Assembly (NCBI GenBank): GCA_022482735.1
Contig: JAKVOO010000001.1
Span: 1,399,004 to 1,463,003 of the forward strand
Origin: Bacilli bacterium
Lineage (GTDB): Bacteria; Bacillota_I; Bacilli_A; RFN20; CAG-826
Reading direction: 5' to 3'
Length of the DNA stretch: 64,000 nucleotides
Of this stretch, positions 28,324 through 38,904 are shown in pieces. A model generated the notes under the pieces. That model made no database searches, had not been told where the DNA came from, and saw nothing but the letters and a program-made list of their open reading frames with translations. The position numbers and the translations under genes are program-made. Each line of letters begins with the position of its first letter. Position 1 is the first letter of the stretch.

Positions 28324-31152
28324 ATGAAACTTTGGAAAAAGATTAAGACTGTAGGCGCTTTAATTGGCGCGGCTTTAATCTTAATTGTGGCGTCTAATTC
28401 GACTATTGTGTCTTCAAGATTGGAAGCCCCGACTAGAAGAAATGTCGCTTATCTAGAGCCGACAATCGTATTTCACTATCACCGGGCGGATAATGATTAT
28501 ACCAATTGGGATCTTTGGCTTTGGGAGTATGGCAAGGACGGGGTTGCGACCGCATTTACCGATGAGGATAGCTATGGTAAATATGTAGCTCTTCCCCTAT
28601 CTACTTGGTCAAATACGGAATCGGTCTATGTTATCGCTCGTAAAACGGATTGGTCGGCGCAAACTTCGGATTTGGAGGTTGTGTATAGCAATTTTACCTT
28701 ATCGACCGATAATGCCTATGATATATACATGGTTGACTTAGAGAACACCCTCTATGTTAGCGCCGAAGAAGCTTTAGCGGATAAAATTCTTAGTTCGCGC
28801 TTCGTTGAAGTAAATCAAGTCGAAGTAGTGACAAACTATTTCCCTTCCGCTTTTATCGTTAAGGAAAATGATAATCCCTTAACGAGTTCCAGCGGAACTC
28901 CCGTCTATAACGCAACTTCCTACTCGTACAAGACAAGCGTGACGGTTGGAGACAGTGGCTTTGCTATGGATTTTAACAATAACTATGCGGTTTTTGTTAC
29001 TTTCCACGACAGTGGAGAAACCAAATCAGCTCCCGTATCAATTTCGGGTCTATTTGATACTTCTTACTTTAAGGAAAATTCGACTTACAGTGGCAGCGAT
29101 CTAGGCGTAACTTATTCTTCAACATCATCAATATTTAAAGTATGGGCGCCGACAAGCAGCCAAGTTATATTAAGAATATACGAAAATGGAACCCCAACGT
29201 CAGTTGATGCCGTTTTAGGCGACAACAACTTTACCCCTTATTCAATGAGTAAGGGAAACTATGGAGTTTGGTCAGTCACGGTCAATGGCGATTTGAATGG
29301 AAAATATTACACTTTCTTTGTAACTAATGCGATGTTTCCTTCAGGCGTAGAAGCAGTTGATCCATATGCTAAAGCGGCGGGAGTGAACGGGGAAAGAGGA
29401 ATGATTTTAGATTTTTCCACCACTGACCCGACGGGCTGGGAAGATGTGAACTTACCAGACATTGAACCAACGCAAGCGGCGGTATATGAAATGCATGTTG
29501 CCGATTTAACAAGTGATTCAACCTGGAATGGTCATGAGAGTTCAAGAAAAAAGTATCTTGGCCTTATTGAAGAAGGAACAACCTATACGCAAGATGGAAT
29601 GACAGTAACCACGGGCTTCGACCATATTAAGGAACTAGGTGTTAATGTCGTGCAAATTCTTCCTTTCTTCGATCAGAGCAATGATGAAGTTAATGTTTCA
29701 TTTAACTGGGGATACAATCCCAAAAACTACGATGTCCTAGAAGGTGCCTATAGCAGTGATCCCTACGATGGTGCCGTTCGCGTTAATGAATTCAAGCAAG
29801 TTGTTCAAGCCTATTCACAAGCCGGTATTCGTATCGTAATGGATGTTGTTTATAACCATGTTGCTAGTGTCAGTTCATCATCATTTAACAAAATAGTTCC
29901 AGAGTATTATTTCCGTTATAAGGAAGATGGTTCTCTTTCTAATGGTTCAGGAGTGGGTAATGATACGGCTTCGGAACGCATTATGATGCAGCGCTTCATG
30001 GTCGACAGCACCGCTTGGTGGACGGAAGAATACAAAATTGGTGGCTTCCGATTTGATCTTATGGGACTCCATGATGTGGATACTATGAATGCGATTTCTG
30101 CGCGCGTCCACACAATTGATCATCATTCGCTGATTTATGGCGAACCTTGGAAACTATCAACCGTTACTGCGGTTAACACCACTCTAGCTACCTATGATAA
30201 TATTCCACAAATTAACAATGTCGGCGGATTTAACGATGCTTTCCGGGACGGAGTTAAAGGAAGCGTTTTTGATAAGACCGGTGTTGGATGGGTGCAAAAT
30301 GGCAACCCCAGTGCCACCCAAATAACAAATGTTAAGAATGGATTACTGGGGGTTGAAACAGGTGGAAGTGATGATCCATCGCAAGTGGTTAATTACGTTG
30401 ATTGCCATGACAATAACACATTATTTGATAAAATGTCGCTAACGACAGATTTAAATATTTATGATGAAAACACAATTTTGAAACGGGTAACGCAAGCAGC
30501 GGCTATGACTTTGACCGCTGAAGGCATCAGTTTCTTTCAAGGAGGGACGGAGTTTTTAAGGACAAAGCCAAAGGATGGGGGAAATTTTGATGATAACTCC
30601 TATCAATCCAGCTATGAAGTTAATGACTTTGACTGGGACCGAAAGATAACCTATCACCAGCAATACGAAATTTTTAGAGAATTAGTCGCCCTTAAGACCG
30701 GAAACAGTCTTTTCCAATATGGAACGAGAGAAGCCATTGATTCGCATGTCACCTACACGAGTGCAAGTGAACTAGGAATTGATGCTCCAATTATGAAACT
30801 ATCCTATGTTGATGATAATAATCAAATGGCAATTTATCATATTGGGACAACCACACGGGTTACGATAGACCTTACTGGCTATGAAGTGGTGGTTGATACG
30901 AGCGGAACTTTTGCTGTTGGAGAGCGTCTTGGCAGCGAGCGGTTGTTAGGAAATACCACTTTGATTTTGAAGCCAATCTCTGGTAGTTCAACATCAAGCG
31001 ATTCAACTAGCGGTGGCAGTTCATCCAACGGTGATGGTGATAACGGTGGGCTTTCCGCTTTAGACATCTCTTTAGCAATTGGTGGAGGATTGATTATTCT
31101 TGGCGGAGGGACGGCGTTGATACTTCTTCTTAAGAAAAAGAAAGAATTTTAA
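28324..31152 (+). CDS. pulA: Cell-surface type I pullulanase (GH13_14) with N-terminal CBM-like modules and a C-terminal TM anchor plus KKKK tail. No LPXTG motif.
   Basis: Signal peptide. YNHV, GFRFDLMG, YVDCHDN and GEPW regions. Ser-rich stalk, then LAIGGGLIILGGGTALILLLKKKKEF. AAGGAGG RBS at 28324. Confidence 0.85.
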   Translation: MKLWKKIKTVGALIGAALILIVASNSTIVSSRLEAPTRRNVAYLEPTIVFHYHRADNDYTNWDLWLWEYGKDGVATAFTDEDSYGKYVALPLSTWSNTESVYVIARKTDWSAQTSDLEVVYSNFTLSTDNAYDIYMVDLENTLYVSAEEALADKILSSRFVEVNQVEVVTNYFPSAFIVKENDNPLTSSSGTPVYNATSYSYKTSVTVGDSGFAMDFNNNYAVFVTFHDSGETKSAPVSISGLFDTSYFKENSTYSGSDLGVTYSSTSSIFKVWAPTSSQVILRIYENGTPTSVDAVLGDNNFTPYSMSKGNYGVWSVTVNGDLNGKYYTFFVTNAMFPSGVEAVDPYAKAAGVNGERGMILDFSTTDPTGWEDVNLPDIEPTQAAVYEMHVADLTSDSTWNGHESSRKKYLGLIEEGTTYTQDGMTVTTGFDHIKELGVNVVQILPFFDQSNDEVNVSFNWGYNPKNYDVLEGAYSSDPYDGAVRVNEFKQVVQAYSQAGIRIVMDVVYNHVASVSSSSFNKIVPEYYFRYKEDGSLSNGSGVGNDTASERIMMQRFMVDSTAWWTEEYKIGGFRFDLMGLHDVDTMNAISARVHTIDHHSLIYGEPWKLSTVTAVNTTLATYDNIPQINNVGGFNDAFRDGVKGSVFDKTGVGWVQNGNPSATQITNVKNGLLGVETGGSDDPSQVVNYVDCHDNNTLFDKMSLTTDLNIYDENTILKRVTQAAAMTLTAEGISFFQGGTEFLRTKPKDGGNFDDNSYQSSYEVNDFDWDRKITYHQQYEIFRELVALKTGNSLFQYGTREAIDSHVTYTSASELGIDAPIMKLSYVDDNNQMAIYHIGTTTRVTIDLTGYEVVVDTSGTFAVGERLGSERLLGNTTLILKPISGSSTSSDSTSGGSSSNGDGDNGGLSALDISLAIGGGLIILGGGTALILLLKKKKEF

Positions 31153-31162
31153 GCAAAAAGTT

Positions 31163-31192
31163 AAGGCCTTGAAAGAAGGCCTTTTCTTTTTT
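31163..31192 (+). terminator. Rho-independent terminator after pulA.
   Basis: Palindrome aaggcctt-gaaag-aaggcctt followed by a T-run. Confidence 0.6.
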
Positions 31193-31357
31193 GGCTAAAA
31201 AAGCGTATTTATTGCAAATGTGGATTAAAAACAAACTTAAATTAAACTTAAAATAAATTAGTCTAAAGTAAATATGTGTTGACGAAAGCGCTACCATATA
31301 ATAGAATTAAGTAGGTTATAAACCAACTTTTCAATTGATAAGGAGGAATGAACGTCA

Positions 31358-32824
31358 ATGAAAAAGTTTGCGAGAACGTTGTTTGTCGCAGGTTTGTTGT
31401 TTGGAGTTGCCGGCTGTGGTGGCGGCACGAGTACATCTAGTGAACCATCATCAGAGCCATCGTCGGAAGTAGCCACTTACTTGGTTTCGTTTTGGAAGAA
31501 CACGGATGGTGGCTTTCTAAGCGAAGTTGAAGTTAATGCTGGAGAAACAGTTGCTCGGCCAACCGATCCAACTTGGGAAGGCTACGATTTTGTCGGATGG
31601 TATACAGATAAAGCCTATACCGCCGAATACGATTTCGATACGCCGGTGAATGGCGATTTAGATCTCTATGCGAAATGGAATATTCAATTCGTTCAAGATC
31701 CAACCGTTTATCACTTAATTGGTAGTTTTAAAAACACTGCCTATCCTGCCAATTGGGATGTCACCGATGAAACGACAAAATTGGTTGATGAGGACTTAGA
31801 AGATGGCAAAAACATCTTTAGTATTGACATTGAATTTGGTCAATACGCGACATTTAAGATTAAGGATATGTCGACGGGTACCGCCTGGGACGACGGTGTT
31901 TATTGGGGTGTCGAATATGTTGATATGGAGTCCGGTAATGCGGCTGAGAATGTTCAGGCCGACGATCCGACTTCCGATAAAGAAAACATTACAATGCTCC
32001 ATGCAGGTGCATATCATATCGAACTTGAAACTCAATATGTAAACAGTGCTCCAGTTTTATCAACGGCAGTCATTCGGATTAATCGTACTGGCGATGCTGT
32101 TGGTGAAGGTGTTACTCAAGATGCTGATCCAGGTGCGGTTGATACGTGGGGTATTATCGGCGGCTTTAATAGTTGGACCGAAGATGCAGTAAGCTTTGTA
32201 GCTACGAGTGTGGCCGGAACTGAACTCTGGGTTCGCAATATGTTTATTCCAGCCGGAACCGAATTCAAAGTTCGGGCCAACGCTGACTGGATTAAGCAAT
32301 TCGCTTTTGGCGGATTAAATGTTGATGCTAGTGCGGAAGGCATGCTTATTGGTGCTACAGCTATAGCCGATGATCCAGAAACAGAAGAAGTTGAATCTGG
32401 ATATGATCCAAATTCTAATATCAAAGCAGCGGTCGATGGCGTCTATAGTTTCCACATTTTGGTTACTGATGGCGTTGCGGTTTTAACTGGCTTTGGACAC
32501 AGCTTAACCGCTGATACATTCTATCTTGCCGGATCATTTGCAGTTGGCGATGCTTGGAGTAACCAAGTGGCCTTAACTGCCGGTGAACCTGTGGTTGATG
32601 AGACGACCACAACTTATACTTATACAGCTACCGGATTAGCGCTTGTTACGAATAATGAGCTTAAAGCTAAGTCGGAAAACACTTGGGAAATTTCATTTGG
32701 TACGGAAACAGGAAACTTAATAGTGACCGAAGACGGAACCTATGATGTTACCTTGACGATTGTTGTTACGGAAGGTTCGGTTGTACTCAGTTCGACTCTT
32801 GCCCTTTCGCCAACAGCTCTCTAA
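31358..32824 (+). CDS. Non-catalytic surface lipoprotein. It has one Listeria-Bacteroides (Flg_new) repeat followed by three starch/glycogen-binding-like beta-sandwich modules (GSFNNW-type, CBM20/25/26/48-like).
   Basis: Lipobox VAGCGGG. YLVSFWKNTDGGF…GYDFVGWYTD…LYAKW. Repeated motifs LIGSFKNTAYPANW, IIGGFNSWTED…IPAGTEFKVRANADW and LAGSFAVGDAWSN. AAGGAGG RBS. Confidence 0.55.
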   Translation: MKKFARTLFVAGLLFGVAGCGGGTSTSSEPSSEPSSEVATYLVSFWKNTDGGFLSEVEVNAGETVARPTDPTWEGYDFVGWYTDKAYTAEYDFDTPVNGDLDLYAKWNIQFVQDPTVYHLIGSFKNTAYPANWDVTDETTKLVDEDLEDGKNIFSIDIEFGQYATFKIKDMSTGTAWDDGVYWGVEYVDMESGNAAENVQADDPTSDKENITMLHAGAYHIELETQYVNSAPVLSTAVIRINRTGDAVGEGVTQDADPGAVDTWGIIGGFNSWTEDAVSFVATSVAGTELWVRNMFIPAGTEFKVRANADWIKQFAFGGLNVDASAEGMLIGATAIADDPETEEVESGYDPNSNIKAAVDGVYSFHILVTDGVAVLTGFGHSLTADTFYLAGSFAVGDAWSNQVALTAGEPVVDETTTTYTYTATGLALVTNNELKAKSENTWEISFGTETGNLIVTEDGTYDVTLTIVVTEGSVVLSSTLALSPTAL

Positions 32825-32850
32825 TTTATACGTATTCTAGCGAAAGAAAA

Positions 32851-32877
32851 GCTCACCTTTGCGGGTGAGTTTTTCAT
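32851..32877 (+). terminator. Rho-independent terminator.
   Basis: ctcacc-tttgcg-ggtgag hairpin plus TTTTT. Confidence 0.5.
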
Positions 32878-32939
32878 TTTATTATTCTTTTAACTATGTT
32901 AAAATAATAATAATAAATATATCGACACTGGTACAAATT

Positions 32940-35767
32940 ATGAAAAAAAGAAACCCAATATATTTTTTAGGATTAATTACTATGCTTTTTGTTTCTTCAT
33001 GTGGCAAGAATGACAATTCGTCGACCCATAGTGACACTAGTGAATTAATCACCAGCGAAAACACATCCGATAGTTCTTCACTGAAAGACACATCAACAAC
33101 GACAAGTGAAACGCCGATTACGGGAACACCCGATTCGGTTTCATTATTTTATCATCGCGATGATAACGGCTATAGCGATTATGGAATTTGGTATTGGACG
33201 GATAAGGTCGCAGGAAATTTGCTTCCCTTTGAAACATATGACGATAATTTTGCGGTAATCAATATTCCGAGCACCATGTATGAGGGCGAGAACGGATTTT
33301 ATTTAATTGTTCGAAAAAAATCGACATGGGATGGTCAAAGCCCGGATTTTTATCTTGATTTTTCGCAGTATACTTTAAACTCGGATTTAACGATGGATGT
33401 CTACATTATTTCGACGGAAACCCTCGATGTTGAAGCATATTCAACACCTAAAGAGGCGCTGGGCAATCGAATTGTAAGCGCCACACTTACCTCTTTTTCC
33501 ACCATTAAAGCAACGGGAACGGCTCCCGCCAATCAATGGTCACTTTATTTGAATGATGAGAAAATTGACGAACAAGCTGGCTCGGATTCAAATGAGGTAA
33601 TTTTTAACTTATCAACCGATGTCGATCTTACGGATAAATATACAATAAAAGCTGTATTTCCAGATGCTATGGACAAAATTCGTTCCAAAGTAGTTTCGGC
33701 CGCTCCCCTATTTAACACCAGCGAATTTGATTCGCGTTACGCTTATGATGAGGATGATTTAGGAGCGGTTTATTCTTTAGAGTCAACGGTTTTTAAACTT
33801 TGGGCTCCGACTAGCTACGAAGTGACGCTCTTTCTCTATAAAGTTGGCTATACCTCTAAAGAAACGGGAAATATACTTCACGATGTCCCTCAAAAGCGAA
33901 TACCAATGGAGTACGCCGGTCAAGGCGTATATAGGGCTGAGGTTGCAGGTGATTTAGATCGGATGTATTACACTTATCTTGTTAATAATAGCAATGGAAA
34001 AAATGAAGTTATTGATCCATATGCGAAAAGTGCAGGACCTAATGGTCGTCGCGGGCAAATATTAGATTTTGCTAAATATGAGCCTGAAAATTTTGATAAT
34101 ACAACATTTTCCGATATTGCCTCCCCGAATGATTTAATCGTTTATGAAATGCATGTTCAAGATTTGACTAGCGATTCATCTTGGAATGGCGATGAGGCTA
34201 ATCGCGGCCATTTCCTTGGATTAATCGAATCAGGAACCACATATTCTATGGACCAAACTACGGTTACTACCGGGTTTGATCATATCAAGGAATTGGGTAT
34301 TAATGCCGTTCAAATCATGCCTTTCTACGACCAAAGTAATGATGAACTTAACCCCGCTTATAACTGGGGATATAATCCAGCAAATTATAATGTTCTTGAA
34401 GGTGGATATTCATCTAATCCCAAATTAGGCGAGGTCCGAGTTCAAGAATTTAAGCAAGTAGTTTCCGCTTATGCCAATGCGGGCATTCGAATTATCATGG
34501 ATTTGGTCTATAATCACGTGGCAAGTTTTTCTAGTTCTCAATTCCAAAAAATAGTTCCAGATTACTATTTCCGGCGAAACGCCGATGGAACTTTAAAAAA
34601 TGAATCGGGAGTTGGCAACGATATTAAAACGGAAGCCACAATGATGAGCAAGTACATTGTCGATTCAGTGAAGTTTTGGGCAAGCGAATACCACATTATG
34701 GGATTTCGATTTGATTTAATGAGTTTAATTGATGATGCGACTTTACAAAAAGTTGATGCTGCACTCAAAGCGATTAATCCCGATATAGTTGTTTGGGGTG
34801 AACCATGGAGTGGTGGTGGCTATATGGGACCAGCCAAAGTTTATTCAGCAGCCCTTAAAGATACGAGTGTTGCTGCGTTTAATGATGTTGGTCGGAACGC
34901 CATAAAAGGTGATAATAATCTAAATGGAAATGGTTCGCAATATGGATGGCTTCAAAAAGAGCCAGCCCATAATCAGAGCAATGTCAGCTATTTAAACCGC
35001 GTAAAGGGAATGTTAGCCGGGTATATGGGCGATTACTATGAGGCAACAAATTACACCGATCCAAGCAAAACGGTCAATTATGTTGATTGCCATGATAACT
35101 TTACAATTTTTGATCACTTGCTAGCAACAATGGGAAATAATCCCGATGTTTCGGCGCGTGCAAGTCTAGTTGCCAATTCCTTGGTTTTAACCTCATTTGG
35201 AACACTTTTTTTCAGGGCGGTGACGAAATAATGCGCTCAAAGGAATATGATCCGACTACAGAAATAGGAGCTATCTTTCTATCTACTCATGGCGGCGAGT
35301 CCGTTAAGATTGGTGACAAATACTATTCGGGAAACTCATATAATTTAGAAAGCACTGTCAATTCTTATAAGTGGGCAGATAAAATCAAATACGCGAGTTA
35401 TTTCGAAAGTTACAAGAATTTAATTGCGTTAAGAAGAAACAATCCCGCCTACAAAATGTATGATAGCGATGATATTTCTGCTCATTTTGGTTACTGGAAT
35501 AATGTTCAAGACTTATCCTATAGCGCAATTGCTAGTTACAACACTAAGGCGGCAGAATCATCTGGAGCGATATATTCATTTTATACCGGCATGCTCTACG
35601 GAAGTAGTACAGCAAACACAAATATTAATACCAAGCAAACAATTTCTTGGGGTGCGGGTGATTGTATTGTCCTATTTGATTCAACGGGTGAGCTCACGGG
35701 CCAAACGCTTTCTTCGTCTATTTCGCTTAGTTCTTTGCAAACCGTTATTGTTCAGAGGTTGTCCTAA
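32940..35767 (+). CDS. Second type I pullulanase (GH13), lipoprotein-anchored. The frame is broken in a T7 run at 35206-35212 (ORFs 32859-35231 and 35231-35767).
   Basis: Lipobox FVSSCGKN. YNHV, GFRFDLMS, YVDCHDN and GEPW. Continues in the +1 frame (…GTLFF|QGGDEIM…) and aligns with the pulA C-terminal region. Confidence 0.8.
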
Positions 35768-35769
35768 TC

Positions 35770-36792
35770 ATGCTTGATGAAGGAAAAACTACAGCGATAA
35801 AGGCAACATCAAAAGTAGCCGGCGGATCATTATGGAAACGGCTGATTGCCACCATCATCGATTTTGGCATTGCCTTCTTTATCGGCCTTTTACTCTATCA
35901 AGTGGCGGTTCATCCGCTTTGGTTTGATTACCTTGGCGGTTATCAAGATAATATGGTTCTAAACGGGGTAAAAATTGATAGCGGTCTTTATGCCGGCTAT
36001 GCCGAAGATCCCCTTCAGTATGTTGATAATGATGATATTGACCAAGCCATGCGTTCATTTTATCTAGCATGGGATGACTTCGACTTTACCGAGTCAAGTT
36101 TTTACGAGGATCATCCCGAAGGTTTTAATTATGATCGCGACGTGCTCCAAATGGATAGCGAAAATGCGATTATTCTTGCTTATACAGTTGAAAACGGTCA
36201 CTATACCTATATTTACCGGACAAATCTAGAAGCGGGGGCTATCGATTCGTTTTGGTCGGCTTCTTACGCCGAAGCAATTAATAACTTAGAAGACATGCCA
36301 ACGTATTTCAATGCCCAAAAACCAGTTCGCAACTTTGTTTTTATCGGAGGGGCTGTTTCTTACTTTTTATCCGGTTTAATTTTCCATTTGTTCATACCGC
36401 TATTTATCGACGATGGTCGAACAATTGGCAAAATGGCAATGGGACTGGCAGTCACTGATATCACTGGCTATCGTATAAGTCATAAGCAGATGGTTATTCG
36501 CTATTTAGTCACCGACATTTTTGAAACTATCGGTTCAATTCTATATTTACTGCCCCTTTTTATATCGGTTGCAGTGATGACGTTATCAAAACGGCAGCGC
36601 CCGATTCACGATTGGGTGGCTTCAACAATGGTTGTTGATTGGAACAACTCCCAAATTTTTGCTTCGCAAGAGGAAGAAGCTAAATATGATCTTGCATGTA
36701 AAACACACGAACCGATTGATATCTATCCCAGTGGAGGACAAAGTGAGGCGGAAAACCGTAGAAAAAAAGAGGCGTTCATCCGTGATGAGTAG
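35770..36792 (+). CDS. RDD-family membrane protein with a large extracytoplasmic loop.
   Basis: N-terminal RLIATIIDFGIAF and C-terminal GKMAMGLAVTD…RYLV RDD-like segments. TM helices. Confidence 0.5.
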   Translation: MLDEGKTTAIKATSKVAGGSLWKRLIATIIDFGIAFFIGLLLYQVAVHPLWFDYLGGYQDNMVLNGVKIDSGLYAGYAEDPLQYVDNDDIDQAMRSFYLAWDDFDFTESSFYEDHPEGFNYDRDVLQMDSENAIILAYTVENGHYTYIYRTNLEAGAIDSFWSASYAEAINNLEDMPTYFNAQKPVRNFVFIGGAVSYFLSGLIFHLFIPLFIDDGRTIGKMAMGLAVTDITGYRISHKQMVIRYLVTDIFETIGSILYLLPLFISVAVMTLSKRQRPIHDWVASTMVVDWNNSQIFASQEEEAKYDLACKTHEPIDIYPSGGQSEAENRRKKEAFIRDE

Positions 36793-36870
36793 GCGTTTAG
36801 ACTATTTTACTAAGTTTGAATATGCTAAAATCATTTTAGCGAATCTATATATTTTGCTAGGAGGCAATTT

Positions 36871-37392
36871 ATGAAAAAGCAATTCTTAAGCTTCGCATTT
36901 ATCGCAGTTTCCGTTTTTGGACTAGCGAGCTGTGGCGCAGGTGCTAACAGCAGCAGTGGCTATCCGACTGTCTTTCGCACGGAGGCAACAACCGGCAAAC
37001 TTCAATATGAAGTAATTGCTGAGCAAGTCGTTGTTTATTACATCAATGATTCGGAAATGAATGTTCGTTATGATGTATCGAATGCGGCCCGGTTTAATGT
37101 CGGCGAGAACACAGGTATTGCCAGCAAGTTTAAAGTAATTGATGATCGCGTATATTATCCCAATCCTGAAGTTAACCCTGATGATAAGACCGAGACCATT
37201 CTTGTTTATCGGGCTCTTAAGATGGATAAAGCAGCGGGAGAAAAGGTCATATTTATCGACGAAACTTTATTTGAAGAATATAAAGACGCTCTAGCAGAAG
37301 ATAACTTTGATAATCTAACTGTTGGCGATTACGCCGATATCGGTATTGATCTTGATTTTACCGTTCCAAGCGGTGGCTTAGCCACTGAGTGA
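36871..37392 (+). CDS. Small lipoprotein of unknown function.
   Basis: Lipobox GLASCGAG. TAGGAGG RBS. Confidence 0.55.
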   Translation: MKKQFLSFAFIAVSVFGLASCGAGANSSSGYPTVFRTEATTGKLQYEVIAEQVVVYYINDSEMNVRYDVSNAARFNVGENTGIASKFKVIDDRVYYPNPEVNPDDKTETILVYRALKMDKAAGEKVIFIDETLFEEYKDALAEDNFDNLTVGDYADIGIDLDFTVPSGGLATE

Positions 37393-37513
37393 TTTTCCGG
37401 TTTCCCTAAGCAAATTTTGCTTTTTAGGTCCGGGGAGTTTGCGTTTTGAAGGCTTTTTGCCTTCCCCCACAATTATTTAGCGATTTTCGCATTTGGTATT
37501 AGGAGGAAAAAAT

Positions 37514-38224
37514 ATGCCAACACCCCACATCAATGCAAAAGACGGTGCTTTTGCAAAAACAGTATTAATGCCTGGCGATCCTTTACGGGCAAAATGGATT
37601 GCTGATAACTATCTTGTCGATGCTCAACAAGTTACTAATGTAAGAAATATTTTCGGCTACACCGGCCATACTCGGGAAGGAAAATTGGTATCGGTTATGG
37701 CTAGCGGGATGGGTCAACCATCAATTGGAATTTATTCTCACGAGCTTTACACTCATTATGGAGTGGAAACGATTATTCGCGTTGGAACATGCGGAACTTA
37801 TCAAGAGGATATTCACCTTTTTGATATTATCGTTGCCAGTGGCTCATGCACAGATGGAAACTGGTCAGGACAGTTCAATCTTTTAGGCGGGACTTATTCT
37901 GCTATCAGTGATTTTGAGTTAACCTTATCCGCTTATCAAGCAATTAAGAATCATCGATTGATTCCCCATGTGGGAAATGTTTTAAGCAGCGATGTTTTCT
38001 ATGATGTTGATCCCAATTCTTGGATGAAGTGGAAGAAACTTGGCGTCTTGGGCGTTGAAATGGAAAGTTATGCTCTTTACACAACGGCCGCCCGTCTCAA
38101 TAAGAAGGCTCTTTGCTTACTTACGGTTACGGATTCTTTCGTTGATCATAGTCGGCGAGCCACGGCCGAAGAAAGACAAAATGGTTTAGCCAAGATGATT
38201 GAAGTTGCTCTTGAGATTGCCTAA
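37514..38224 (+). CDS. deoD: Purine nucleoside phosphorylase, DeoD-type.
   Basis: MPTPHINAKDGAFAKTVLMPGDPLRAKWIA N-terminus and the GVEMESYALY region. AGGAGGAAAAAATATG. Confidence 0.85.
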   Translation: MPTPHINAKDGAFAKTVLMPGDPLRAKWIADNYLVDAQQVTNVRNIFGYTGHTREGKLVSVMASGMGQPSIGIYSHELYTHYGVETIIRVGTCGTYQEDIHLFDIIVASGSCTDGNWSGQFNLLGGTYSAISDFELTLSAYQAIKNHRLIPHVGNVLSSDVFYDVDPNSWMKWKKLGVLGVEMESYALYTTAARLNKKALCLLTVTDSFVDHSRRATAEERQNGLAKMIEVALEIA

Positions 38225-38262
38225 CGGGCAAAATAAAAATATATTTAAAGGGAGGTGATAAC

Positions 38263-38904
38263 ATGGATTTTTGGCAATGGCTTTTATTGGTCGTAGGAGT
38301 TATTTCGCTTGTTTTGCTTGCCATCTTTCTTTATCACCCTCTCCGCAAGTATTACTATCAAAAAAATACGGTCCGTATTTTCTATCGTACGGTAAGAAAA
38401 GTCACCCTTTACTTTGATTTTTATCTCATTAATCAAATGATTCTAAAGTTGGACGCTAATTCGACAGTGAATATTGATCACATCGTTTTTGGTGATAAAT
38501 ATATCTATGTAATTAAAGATAGATACTATTCTTTCTCACTCAAAGGTAGTGCCGCTGATCAAATGCTAATTAGTTACCAAAATAAAAAAGGCCACGCGAA
38601 AAAAGAAGTTCCGATTGAAAATCCCCTGATGTGGAATCGACTTCGGATTGATAAATTGGCTTTAATAACGGGCATTGACCATGATTTATTTATTTCGGTT
38701 GTTCTCGTCAATGACGATGTTAACGTGGACAACGTTACTACGACATCAAAAACGGAGTATATTATTAATCGTCATGATTTATATCGTTTAGTTCAGGCAA
38801 TTGAATCTCGTCCGGTTGAACCCTTAAATTCTGAACAATTGCATGCTGCGGTTCACGATATCGACCGCATCAATAAGCGGCATGACCGGGAGAAGAAGAA
38901 ATGA
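38263..38904 (+). CDS. Membrane-anchored NERD (nuclease-related domain)-like protein.
   Basis: N-terminal TM helix, then IDHIVFGDKYIYVIKDRYYSFSLKG. GGGAGGTG RBS. Confidence 0.45.
   Translation: MDFWQWLLLVVGVISLVLLAIFLYHPLRKYYYQKNTVRIFYRTVRKVTLYFDFYLINQMILKLDANSTVNIDHIVFGDKYIYVIKDRYYSFSLKGSAADQMLISYQNKKGHAKKEVPIENPLMWNRLRIDKLALITGIDHDLFISVVLVNDDVNVDNVTTTSKTEYIINRHDLYRLVQAIESRPVEPLNSEQLHAAVHDIDRINKRHDREKKK

Noticed and set aside
37380-37470. Two short hairpins after the lipoprotein gene (agcaaa/tttgct and gaaggc/gccttc), considered as terminators.
   Set aside because: The loops are too small or no T tract follows. It was not called as a feature.
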